A DNA stretch of 64,000 nt from Octopus vulgaris (taxonomy: Eukaryota), in the NCBI GenBank assembly GCA_951406725.2, contig OX597816.1, forward strand, positions 99,262,001 to 99,326,000, given 5' to 3'. A model generated the notes under the pieces. The model searched no databases. It was not told the DNA's origin and saw only the letters and a program-made list of their open reading frames with translations. Shown in pieces: positions 11,326 to 23,569 of this stretch (position 1 is the first letter of the stretch; each line of letters starts with the position of its first letter). A program made the position numbers and the translations under genes.

Positions 11326-13130
11326 CAGTAGTCTTATTTTTATCACGTGCTCTCACTGCACTACCGAGCGCAGCTCTCTGTGCCTTGGGTATGTGCTGTG
11401 GTTTGTTGCGGTTCTCTTATTTTCACTATATTGAAAGTGTTTCACGTAGGATGTATGCAGTGCCTAGTTAGTGCTATTTTCTGTATGTTATGTATACTTC
11501 TAAGTCTGAATATGCTCAAACATTCTCTTATCCATGAGTATGGGAACATGTTATAGGCTTTCTTATAATCTATCCATGCTATTGATAGATTTTTCATTCT
11601 AGCTTTTACTTCATTTAGAACTGCATTGTCTATATATAATCGACCATGCATTCCTCTAGCCTTCTTCTGAAAGGATTCCTGTTAACAGCTGTTACACTTA
11701 TAGTAAGGAAGTGATTGGTCTATAATTGCTAGTGGTGTTACTCTTGCTTTTATCTATCATAAGCAGTATTGTCCTCCCTCTAGTTATCCAGTCTCTGATC
11801 TGTCTCAAATAATCTGTTCTGTGGATTCTGATCTATTCTGTTCTGATATCTGGGTAGATTGCCTGCTAGTGCGATGATACGCTGTTTCAACTCTTCAATA
11901 ACTGTCCCAAATCCTTTCTCTTTAACTTAATGGGGCTGCCTGCGTGAGCCTATGCAGCAGGTATTTAAAGGGAAAAATTTGACAAGACAGTCAGTCACCG
12001 GCTGACACTCGCTGACGATACATCGAAGAGGCCAGGGAACAGAAGAAAGAAGACATGCACCCAACACCAGAGCTGAAGACACCTTCGGAAGGGGGGCCCC
12101 GCCACGTCAAAACGGTAGAAGAGTAGGGGCAGAAACCGGACGTGATTCCTCCTGATGATGTCTTGAGCTAACTGGATCCTATAAAGGAGCTGATGTTGTA
12201 GCAGACCACGAAACACGGTTGTAATTCCTCTCGAGAGAAGATTTGCATCTTGTGTTTCCTAACGTGTTTCCTAACGTGTTCCTAACGTGTTCAGGATTCT
12301 GTTCTATTGAGATCTTGTCTTAAAGTCTTGTTTATTTTGTAATCTCCTTTTCCACATTTGCTCTTTTTTAATCTTGTCTTGTGGAATATCTAATTTTCTA
12401 GTAGCTACTACCCTTCCTGCATAGATCAATAAGTTAATGTCTACTATTTTTTAAGTATTTATCCAACTGATAATAGAATCTACTTCCTGCATCTCATCTA
12501 AAATCTTCCGATCTTCCTCACTTAAATCACTTCAATCGCTGGTGCTGGTTGTCCAATCCTTATTGGTTGCGCTATTATTTTTTCCTTTAGGTTCTTCTTT
12601 CGTTTAAGCTGTATCTCTTATGTTGTTTTTTGTCTTCCCTACTGCCTGGTCTTTCTTTTCCAGTTCTCTTGTGATTTCCTTCACCTCCAATTCTGTCGTC
12701 CACTCTTCTCCGAATAGTGTTAGCTTGATCTACTAATCTCTGCTGAGTCAATTTAAACATACCCTTCTCTATCCAAAGTGTTAACATCCGTTTCCTATAG
12801 TCCCTTCTTTTGGGTTCACTTTCTAAGTAGCACTGCATCACTATCCTGTTTTCTTCGCTGCTCCACTTCCTCCTACTTGCTCTATTATCTGCTGATGCTG
12901 CATTAAGATAACAGGTCTTGCGCCACTAACATGAAACCTTCAGTCTTTGCTTCAAGTCCTGAGCTTCTCAGCCACTGATAGGTTGTTGCTTGGTCTACAT
13001 CAGTATTTCCGTTTCGAAGTATAGTCTGTCCATGCAGAGGCTTCTAGATCCATTGCTCCTCAAATTGTTTCTGTCCATTCTTTTAGAAGTCTGTTTGATC
13101 AGTTTTACTTCTTGGTGGTAGTGGTTTCAG
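11325..13130 (-). mobile_element. R4/Dong-clade non-LTR retrotransposon, internally deleted
   Basis: N-terminal MQCYLESEPKRRDYRKRM..W...QQRLVDQANTIRR; RT NLSIAWIDYKKAY..PYSWI fused to the C-terminal IQKIAL..; 3' UTR runs into an AAC/AAT tract. Confidence 0.85.
11927..12295 (+). mobile_element. GC-rich unclassified insertion inside the Dong LINE, with HHR-like core and 12-bp tandem tail
   Basis: Composition break; CTGANGA at 12012, 12073, 12152; GAAAC at 12210; (GTGTTTCCTAAC) x~3.5 at 12252-12292. Confidence 0.5.
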
Positions 13131-13279
13131 ATTCTTCATCTAATTTAGGGTTAATACCGAGTTTCCTTCCGAAATTGCAAGCTTCCTTGACAGTAGAATG
13201 TTATTTTTTGCAGCTTCCGTGTTTGCATACAAGCCGCAGCATCCAGTCTTCTGTACTAGATAAGTACCTGCTCATTGCT

Positions 13280-14100
13280 ACTGTGGACGTCCTATAGCAC
13301 AGTTTTCCCTGCATCATTCCTCTTCCCTCATTACTTCTAGGTAGGTACAGACGATCAACGTCTGCTTTTGGGCGGTGCATGTTCTTAGATGTTAGTAATT
13401 TTCTTGCCTTCCTGTCCAGGCGCTGGAGCTCTGTAAGATACCTGTTAATGATGGGTTACTGAAAGTGCCAGGACTTCGGCACGATTTTTGGTGCTAAGTT
13501 CAGATTTTATTTTCACTCCTATTCGCCTGTAATACTCCATTATATTTTTTCCTTCATAGTAGCATGTTGTACACCATCTCCTTCGTTTGTCCCCAGGTAT
13601 TTATAGCTTTCTTGTGGGTCAAGCTCCTTGATGGTAGTGTCGGTATCTAATTTAATTGAAGCTGGTTGCTTGAGCTTGTCGCTTACAAAAGTTGCTTTAG
13701 CACACTTATCAAGGCCAAAATCCATCCCGATGTCATTGCTGGACTCTTTAACTGTTGTTAACAACCCTACTAGCTCTTCGTCATTTCTGGAAAACAGCCT
13801 CAGATCGTCCATATAAAACAGATGGTTTACTATAATATTATATACTTCGGACCCATACTTGGTGTTACACAGTTCATTGGAGAATAGGATCAGTGCCATG
13901 CAAAAGAGTAATGAGAAGAGGGAGTCACATTGAAAGGTGCCTCGTTTGATACTGATGTTGTTAGATTGGCTCATCTCATCACTATGGTGTAGAAAGAGAA
14001 GTGTATTCCACTTGGACATGCATCCTTGTAAGAGTTTGGAGACGCCAAGGTGTATTATCTTTTTTTTTATCCACCACGACAATGCCTCGTTTCCGAGAGT
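13280..14100 (-). mobile_element. R4/Dong-clade RT fragment
   Basis: IKRGTFQCDSLFSLLF, NHLFYMDDLRLF, IGMDFGLDKCAK, YKYLG, downstream HRPKADVDRLYLPR. Confidence 0.9.
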
Positions 14101-14154
14101 ATTGATTAGTAAGTTAGATTGAATTGTAAGTTATTATTATAATTATTATTCTGT

Positions 14155-14335
14155 ACATGTCATCAAAGTGACACTAGGGTAAAATATACAAAGCCCAGTG
14201 TACCCATCAGGACTACCCGTCTGATAAGGGTACACCAGGCACATGCATCACAACCATATGTGCGCGACATTGTGATCTCATATCAAGATAAACAGCGCAT
14301 GACCTTGCAGGTGGGGGCCCAGTTAGAATTTTCTT
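14155..14335. mobile_element. Non-coding interspersed repeat in (ATT)n, partial copy
   Basis: Near-identical to 18240-18400 (catcaaagtgacac...gataagggtacaccagg..gataaacagcgcatgac). Confidence 0.8.
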
Positions 14336-14336
14336 C

Positions 14337-14376
<40 letters not shown>

Positions 14377-15159
14377 GCTAATACAAGCTAATTTAATTAT
14401 TAGAGATGTTTTTTTTTTCTAGGATTTAATGGCAAGTCTCATATATCACAAGAATTTTTGTTAGAATTCTTGCAGATTAGATGATGATGATGATTTCCTG
14501 TAGGTCAGTAATAAATGTTTCAATTTAGGTATCTGAAGAAAAATCATTCGTACCGGTTTCGTTATTATGTTGGATTCACCAATTACTACAACAGCAATTT
14601 TTCACCCTTGTGTTTCACAATCTCTCCATCTCTCTGGCTAGGGTTCTAATATTTCTCAGTTTTCTCAATATCTACTCTATTATTGTAAATTGTTGCAAAA
14701 TCAATGATGTTACACTATTTTTTTTTTTACCTCTACACGATCATATCTGGTTTCATTGCTTTAATCATATGATCGGCCTCACTGGAGAAATCTCATAAAT
14801 CCCTGTAATTATATCATACGCTAGGACAGCCTACGGGTCGTGTTCCTACCACTTTCCTGTTACTGCTAATCCACTGGCTTGGCTAACATCCTAATGCGCT
14901 AATTTACTGAAAGAGGTACGCCTGCATTAATACACATTTTGTGCTAGCTAACTACACTCCCTTATCTTGTCTTTATCAAATTCGTTCTAATAGAGCCATC
15001 TTGAGCGGCTATAATTAACGATCCAGTTTCTTGTTTCAGTTTGTTTCCTTCTTTCTTCCAGCCAACACTATCTTTCCTCACTTCCAGTATACCGAGTTTG
15101 CTGCATGGCCTGGCCATGTAGTTCCTTGTTTCCAGTTAATTGTCCTATCCTGTACTTTC

Positions 15160-15265
15160 CTCTACTACTACTACTATTACTACTACTACTACATCTACTA
15201 CTACAACATATACTAATACTACAGCTGCTGCTGCTACTAACACTACTACTGCTACTACTACCACC

Positions 15266-15306
<41 letters not shown>

Positions 15307-15480
15307 CACTACTACTACTATTACTACTAATAAAGCAACAATTACTACTACAACTGCTGCTGCTGCCACAGCTAATTACAACTATTACTACCACTACTAT
15401 TGTTGTTGTTGCTGCTACTACTTCTTCAACTAGGACTAAAACTATTACCAACAACATCAACACTCTTACTTATACTACCA
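15160..15480. repeat. (ACT/ACC/GCT)n trinucleotide tract
   Basis: Directly visible. Confidence 0.9.
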
Positions 15481-15658
15481 CCCCGTGTTTGGGAGAGGGG
15501 CATACTCGAACTGGCTGAATTGTTAACACGCCGAACGAAGATCTTTGCAACATTTAGCCTATCTTTGTGTTCTGATTTCAAATTGTATCGCGGTTAGAAA
15601 TGAGCTGGCACCCTGCCCCGAAATTGCTGGCCTTGTACCAAAGTTTGAAACCATTACT

Positions 15659-15692
<34 letters not shown>

Positions 15693-15783
15693 ACGTCGTC
15701 GTCGTCATCGTCCTTGTCGTCGTCGTCGTCATCATCATCATTATTATTATTATTGTTATTATTATTATTATTAATTATCATCA

Positions 15784-15816
<33 letters not shown>

Positions 15817-15817
<1 letters not shown>

Positions 15818-16030
15818 GGCGGCGAGCTGGCAGTATGTTTAACACGCCGAGCAAAATACTTTGCGGCATTTCGTCCATTCTTACGCTATGAGTTCAAATT
15901 CCATCGATGTTGACTTTGCTCTTCTTCCTTTTGGGATCGATAAATTAAGAACCAATGAAACACTGGGGTTCATGTAATCGACTAGTCCCTCCCACTAAAT
16001 TTCAGGTATTGTCCATTCAGTAGAATGGCT
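15817..16030 (+). mobile_element. tRNA-derived SINE with Meta/MESC-like core (partial copy also at ~15505-15655)
   Basis: GGCGGCGAGCTGGCAG head, GAGTTCAAATTCC B-box, TTTGC..CTT..CCTTT.GGGATCGATAAATTAAG core, (ATT)n tail. Confidence 0.85.
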
Positions 16031-17869
16031 TATTATTATTATTATTATTAGTAGTAGTAGTAGTAGTAGTAGTTTATTATTACTATTGAGATTGTTGTTG
16101 GTTTTGATGTTGTTATTGTTTGTCCTGTGTTCGCCAATTGTACGCCTGTATCTTTTACAATTTATTTATTGTTTTGCCCTCAAATGGCTACGTACACTAT
16201 ATCTTTTTTTATATATCATTTTTTAACAAACTGACATAGAATGTAAAATTTCACTTTTCCTTGGCGTGATTTCTTAGCTGGTGAAGTTTGCAGTTTTGCA
16301 ATATTCGTCATTTTTCTGCTTTAACAATAGTAAACAGAAAATTAATAATTATGTTCCAAGCCCAGTAAACATAAGTGGTTGATTTAACAATAAACGGTGA
16401 TGTTGTCACCATGAGAACAAAAGACATTCTCCATAGCCACAACATTTTAACGTACTACAAGACAATAAGAGCAACTGAGTGGTATCACCACGACCAGAAG
16501 CTATCACGATAACAAAATCAACAATAATGAGAAGAAGAAGAAGACAACAGCAACAAAAACAACAATAGCAACTAAAGCTACTACCTCTACAACTGATACT
16601 ACTACTACTGTTACTACTAATACAAATTCAAAGACAATAATGACAAAGCCACCAATAATATCAGCACCCACGCGTTTACATTAAATTAAAAAGTTATTCC
16701 AGCTCTGCTTTTTTCTCAAATATTAATGAAACAATCAACAAATTAAACAATAACGTCAAAATCATTTCCGCTAAGTTCAGCAGAACATTATGAAAACAAC
16801 AATTACCAATGCCTTTACTTCCTCTTTTGCTGTTGGTTTTATTACTGATCAAAATAATAGCAAAAGAGATTACAATAAAGCAGGTGCAGCAACGAGAAAT
16901 TAAGAAAGATATGAAATTCAGCTACAAGAAACCAGACAGGAATATTGTTTAGTAAGACGGTAAAGATGTGGGGAATTGAAAACACCTCCACTTCCAGAAT
17001 TTACACAGATACAAAAATAGATGAAAAGGAACCTGCATATACATAAACACAAAATCTCAAAGAGCAGAGAAACAACAGCTTGCCCGTGTACAAAGATGAG
17101 TGAAACCTTTATGGGAGCATCATCTGTAACAGAAGAAAACAATTCGGCATAGTGAGTGAGAAAAAGGCCGCGGTGGCCGATTCAAAATCCATCGCATCGC
17201 CCCGCTAAAGAACGATAATTTATTCTCGTACCAGCTTCTACGGACAGGAATGTGACGAAAGTAATAGAGATGGACATGCTGGTGGCTAAGAGTTTAAAGA
17301 TTTACTGTTTTGAAAAATTGGCATTGACCTTTCTGTTAAATAATCCCCAATGGGATGTTTTTGTAGACTAAAGCAGCAATTTCGACAAAATTCCTCATCT
17401 TCCTCTTTTTAAAAATGTAAGACGAAAGAAAATTTATCATAATTTTTATAGCAAGCGTCTATAATTGGATGATTTAGCAATCAACATTGATAATGTCTCC
17501 CTAACGACGCATTCTTTGACGCCATCCCAGGGTATTTTCTATTGTTAATTCCTCCTCTTGGCAAGACGTGAGGAACAATTGAGAAACAAAAGCAAAATTG
17601 ATGGGAATAAGTTGAGTTAGTTAACGTCCTTCCTCCAATTTCCATTTGAAACAATTGTATTGTACTGTGTTCAATTGTATCGACTAACAACTCAGAACCA
17701 GGTTGCTGGTGAGTTAATTAAATTAACTAAATTTTAAAAAATGATTGTTATTATTTCTTTTTATGGGATTAACAAACATCCTCTATGATCATATTGTTTT
17801 TGCAGCTGAGTAAGCGAGAGAAAAACAAATTAAACATCGTTAGTTTTTAGCGTTCGGGGAGTTTGTGTT

Positions 17870-18150
17870 GATCCAGAAGTGAATTATTCAAACTCCAAAG
17901 AATTCCTTTCAACACTTGGCTATGATTCTCCCACACTACTCCTACTTATGATCATAATGTCGCTACTAATGGGCATGTTAAACGAGTTAAGTTGAAGTAG
18001 CGGACAAACAGATCTGTTGAGCAGAATATTGAGCAGATTATTTTCTATAGCCCATCGTTTACACCAAGATAAAACATATGCATGATAGCGCTCCCAATCA
18101 GTTAAGATGAGAAGCTACGAGAGCCACTGCCTGGTACTGCATCAGAACAC
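17870..18150. mobile_element. Partial copy of the non-coding repeat at 18221-18762
   Basis: gtgaattattcaaac..aaagaatt and gagccactgcctggtactgcatcag match ~18492-18757. Confidence 0.75.
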
Positions 18151-18220
18151 GATTATGCACCAGAGAACAGGTACTGCATTAGGGGAATATATTATTATTA
18201 GTATCATTGTTATTATTATT

Positions 18221-18761
18221 GAGTGAGAGAGCAGTGCAACCATCAAAGTGACACAGGGGTAAAATATACGAAGCCCAGTATTCCCATCATGAATAATTGT
18301 CTGATAAGGGTACACCAGGTACATGCATCACAACCATGTGTGCGCGACATGGTTATTTCATACCAAGATAAACAGCGCATGACGTTGCAAGTGGGGCCCA
18401 GTTTCGTCTAGTCAAATACCCCATCCCGGTCAAAAGGTACCTGAATAAAGGTTGTCTAAAGACGTTGAATGAAACACACACATTTCCAAAGGTGAATTAT
18501 CCAAACCCCAAAGAATTTCTCTCAACACATGGCTACGATGGTTTCCCACTACTTCTGCTCGTGATCAGAGATGCACATATCGACATCTACTTAGGGACAT
18601 GCTCAACTGGTAACGGTCAAACAACTGACAAGCAAATCTCTGGTATTGAGCACAGTATTTGTTGTAGCCAATCTCTCATGCCAAGACAAAAGAATGTACA
18701 TAAAACTTTAACCAGTTAAGAGAAGCCATGAGAGTCACTACCTGGTACTGCATCAGAGCAT

Positions 18762-18762
<1 letters not shown>
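18221..18762. mobile_element. ~540 bp non-coding element flanked on both sides by (ATT)n
   Basis: Longest of three related copies in the window; no transposon protein motifs seen. Confidence 0.8.
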
Positions 18763-18811
<49 letters not shown>

Positions 18812-18813
<2 letters not shown>

Positions 18814-19275
18814 TGTCACTATTTGTATTTTTATCACGTGCTTTCACTGCCGCTCTGCGTGCCTTGGGTATGTGCTGTGATTTGTTGTGGTGGTCTTATT
18901 TTCACTGTATTGAAAGTGTTTTACGGAGGATGTGTGCGATGCCCAGTAGTGCTATTTTCAGTATGTTATATTTATTTGTAAGTCCTTATGTTTTTGTCAT
19001 ATATTTGTCAGCAAGTTATTTTATCATACGTAATACGCCTACTACGATAGGAATTGTTTCTGTATTTAAACTCCACATCCGAGTTATCTCTTTTTCCAGA
19101 TCTTTGTATTTTGAATTTTTCTCCGTTTCTTTAAGAGAAATGTTGTCATCTATTGGTATTGATGCATCGATTGGAAAGCATATGTTTTCTTAGTGAATTC
19201 TGACAACTATATCCCACGTATTGACCCTAATTTCTCTATCTGTGTGCATTTACACATCCCAGAATATGCTTGGAT
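18812..19275 (-). mobile_element. R4/Dong 3' fragment (restriction-like endonuclease region and 3' UTR)
   Basis: 3' UTR matches 11340-11480; minus-strand IVV..., KYKDLE, IPIVVGVL motifs; ends in (AAT)n. Confidence 0.8.
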
Positions 19276-21812
19276 TATCATCATCATCACCACCATCGTC
19301 GTCGTCATCATCATCATCATCATTATCGTTATTATTATTATGGTATACACAAATCATTGCTAACAAAAATAGCACCAATGAGGTACTGGTGCTGATCTAA
19401 TTGACAAATCTCCATCCTTCAGATTTTGCTGGGTTCATACCTAATCAGAAACAATTACATTATTGTTGCTGCTAAATCTTTTGTTGGTGGTGTTGCTCTT
19501 GATACTTAAGATTACCAGAGTAAAAGAGTTGCTTTTGCCAACCTTGAACTTTCCTAATTATTTTTAACTGATTAAAATCTTTTTAATATGTTTCTGTTAT
19601 GTTTTTGGTGGAATAGCTGTTTCACTATATTTGACTTTCTGGAATCTCTTCCTGAGAAGCGATTCGAACTAACAGGTCTGGCTTAATGGCTTATTCTCCT
19701 ACGCTGTTGACAGAAAATGGATGTACATATAGGAATGTGAATGAAATATCCTTTCACAATAGAAGAATACCGTCCATACAAGAATAAAAAAGAATTAGAT
19801 TTTAGTTAAGTTTTTAACAAGTGAAACATACTGTGTGATAATTGTAACGTTGAGAAAATATTAATAATGGCATGGTCATTTATATCTCGGATGAGATTGG
19901 CATTGGTGGACATCAACTTGTGACCGAGTACAACCACTTCCTAAACTCAGTAAGCTTGTACTAATGTTCCGAGCGTCCAAGATGGTCTTGTGCAGGAATT
20001 TGTTTTCAGTAAATAAAGTGTTTCACGGAACACTGCCTACTTTTCAGTGGAATCAGCTACAAAACCAGTGGCAGAACAGAGGTTGAGACGACCAGGAACC
20101 GACTGAACTTTATATTTTTTTATACAATTTTACCTTCGACGAGAAGGAAATTTTAACGAGAACAAGGACCTTTCATTCACAGTACTTAACATACTAGGTA
20201 ACCCACATGTAATGAGTGCTACTACTCCGGGCCTGAGTAGACCAGGAAACAATTGTGGATCAGGGGTTATTCCGCACTCCTGAAATATCTGGAACTCATT
20301 TACTAGGGCCCACTCCCGGATGCAGCTTAAAGTCATACCCAGGACATTACGAATTACAATAGCAGTAAAAACAGTAGCAACGCACGGTCATGCAAAAAGA
20401 AGAAACAACAATTTTCTTAATTATGGTCAAGCAAAAAAGCTAGGAAATTGATTCATAATGAGTGGCGATCTTCGCGGAGAAGTGTGAAGATGTTTTGCAA
20501 GCACAAAAGGCATGAATGACCGTATGAAAAGCAAGACAAATCGCCCTATTCTCATAACCATTGGCACCAAGGGTGGGTGACAATGACCAAGATGCTAAAA
20601 GGTTTTCTTTTTCCAACGGAAGATTGGTTACATTTTACAAAGGGCAGAACAAGCTCAGCATCTTTCAACTGTATACAGACTGTTGAACGATTATGCCCTG
20701 GAATGCATGGGGTCCTTTATGACACGCCAAATGCAGAATATATTCACGAAAATATACGGAGCATCCATTAGATACATAGTGTTCGGTGTACCATTGGTCA
20801 GGGTTGTGCAGTACTCTGAATGGGTGCTTACCAATTATGTGTGAAAGAGTTGCTATTACTTGCTTGCATAGAATTTGTATGTCAAAACTTTGGTCTTGCG
20901 CAATATCATGTATAAGGCTTTAACAACCTCGTTTATTACATACATGTACATCTCTACAGTTCTATAACGTATTTGTAAATCGACTTTTAAAAACTAGTAG
21001 GCTCTTGGGACATATTGATAACAACAACGACGACGACGATGACGATGATGATGATGATGATGGACTCTTTTTGTAGTGAATATTGAATTTGATGTTGAAC
21101 ATGTGCTTTTGCGTTTGCTATATATGGATGTGCTACAAAATTCTCTGAGGATTTTTCACTCTTTTCTTTTGTTTTTGTTTGTACATGTATACAAAAAATA
21201 TTTCTGTTTTGTTTAATTTTTAATAGGAAATATCTTAGAATGCACTGAATGTCTACCCTCATACCGGAAGAGAAGCAAGTTCTGTCAATTTTAGGCACAA
21301 TTATATTTTCCTGTTTTAGTTTGCTTCTAATTCAGATGGCTTCTTTGCATAGAAATGCCACCATGTAAATATATCAAAAATTAGCGTAACTATAACTACA
21401 GAAAGACAACATTTAATTTCTCAGCGGGTCCTACTGAGAAAAATAATATTACAAAATGTATATTAGATTAATTTGAATAAAATTCTTAAAAACAACAAAA
21501 CGCAAAATAAATAAGCCAATTTTAACGTGCAGAAGTGTCGTTTTGTATGACACGAAATATATTTTTGGCAGATCTTTTTATTAATGTTGCTAATTATAAC
21601 CAGAAGGTGAGCGCAAGTCTTATTTATCTATCCATCTATCCATCCATCCATCTATCTATCTATCTGTTAATATATCTAGGAGAAGAATTCACAAAAAAAA
21701 ACAAAAGACGAAGACAGGTGGTGTAGACAACAAACAGATGTATTAGTATAACGGGAAGTGAAAAAGTATTTAACCTTTTGAGCCTACGCTATCTATATCT
21801 ATCTATATATCT

Positions 21813-21861
<49 letters not shown>

Positions 21862-22019
21862 GTGTATATATTATATATATACACATATGCACTTATAGAT
21901 AGATAGATATAGATAGATAGATAGATAGATAGATAGGTACATACATAATGCATATCTTGCAATGGCACTTGTAACATACACGTGTCACTGAACAATATTA
22001 CAGTTGAATAAAGAAAACT

Positions 22020-22630
22020 TTGACCTTGGAACTCCCTGCACTCAATAAAACAGTAGCCTTCACTATGTTTGCGGTGACAGTACTCATACCAACATTTGGT
22101 TTACATGAGTGGACGCTCGATGAAACTCAAGTTATTGATGTGAAAACCCGAAAGCTACTAACCAACACTCATTATTTCTACATAAACAGTGACGTAGACC
22201 GCCTCTACCTAAAACGAAAACAAGGCGGCAAAGGCTTAACACCGACTAGACTGCCTTTGAAAATCGTGTCATATCCCTTCGGCAACATCTATTTTCCACC
22301 AAGTGTCGAAGTGCATCCCCTGACCAAGTTTGCATACATGAGTCTGGAAAGCAGCGCCTTAAGCGGCATTCTTTGTCTGATAACTTTAAATACCTGTCCG
22401 AAGAAGTCTCACGGCTCTACTGCAATATACCTTCAGATGAAAGGACGAGCATATATCAGCAGAAGACTATGCATTGACATTTGTTGGTAGAAAGTTCCGA
22501 GATGATAGTAACATCGTTCATCAAAGCAGTCTATCTTGAATCAACAACCGGATCACTACCTTCCGAGGTGGACACAATGGAATGAAACCTATTTAATTGA
22601 ACGGCTCACCCTTTCAAATTTCAGGCGTTG
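22020..22630 (+). mobile_element. R4/Dong fragment (post-RT region)
   Basis: IDVKTRKLLT...INSDVDRLYLKRKQGGKGL. Confidence 0.8.
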
Positions 22631-22671
22631 CGTCTCTCATAATGATACTGCTACTACAACTACTACTACTA

Positions 22672-22703
<32 letters not shown>

Positions 22704-22789
22704 GATAACAATAATGATAACAATAATAATAACAATAATAACGATAATAATAACAATGATGATGGTGATAGAAGAAGAAGAAGAAAAGG

Positions 22790-23537
22790 GAGAAGAAGAA
22801 GAAGAATTACGCAAGAAGAGACAACACAATCAATTCCATGTAGCCACAACAGAAGTTACTGGGGAAAATAGGTGATGACTGACGAATGGAACCCTAAAAA
22901 TAAACAGTCCGAGAGCGCTATACTGGCAGCGAATGCCCAAGACTTGTCGAAAACCATTACAAGTTGTGGCGACACGATCAGGTAGCGAAAGAGCTACATT
23001 GGAAACTGTACGAAAGTGGGAGCTAGAGATAGGCAAGGCGTAGTATGAGCATAAACCCCAGAGACTGACGGAGTCGGAGACCAGCAAAATATTCCAGGAT
23101 TTACCAATTCAAATTGATCAAGTGCTAGAGCATTACAGACCACCTAGTGGTGGTGGACAAGTAGTGTTATATAGTTGATGTTGCATCTCCCTTTGAACCA
23201 CGACTAGGCAACAAGGAAGGCGAAATGATACATAGATACAACCTTCTTAAATACGAAATAGGCTATGGAAAATGAAGAAGGTGAAGATAGTGCCAATTAT
23301 TGCTGTGTCCTTGGAAACAGTATCAGAAGGCATCAAGAGGAATATAAAGGAAACTGAAATAAAGTGCCCAGTAGAACTGTTACAAAAGGTTTGCCTCCTT
23401 GGCACGGCCAGAATAATCAGGGAAGTATTACATAGCTGAAGAAAAAAAACCAATAGCATGGTACCGTAGGCTGCAGGTAGTAAGCCTGCTGCTCATTTAT
23501 GACTCCAGGAGCTCCAACAAAACTTGTGATAAAGAGA
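22790..23537 (+). mobile_element. R4/Dong 3' fragment
   Basis: RHDQVAKELHWKL, YEHKP, VPIIAVSL, LLQKVCLLGTARIIREVL*; ends in (AAT)n; same subfamily as 37028-37830. Confidence 0.85.

Positions 23538-23569
<32 letters not shown>

Noticed and set aside
15068-15913. Poly-L/T/S/I/D ORFs (also at 6971, 11043, 22597, 27583, 56073, 62665, 63782)
   Set aside because: Translations of microsatellites that are open in several frames on both strands
16918-17300. Possible LINE endonuclease (LQET) or exon
   Set aside because: Single short motif with stops nearby; not supportable
20200-20850. Possible RTE-like LINE/SINE remnants
   Set aside because: Looks repeat-derived but is too degraded to classify without a search
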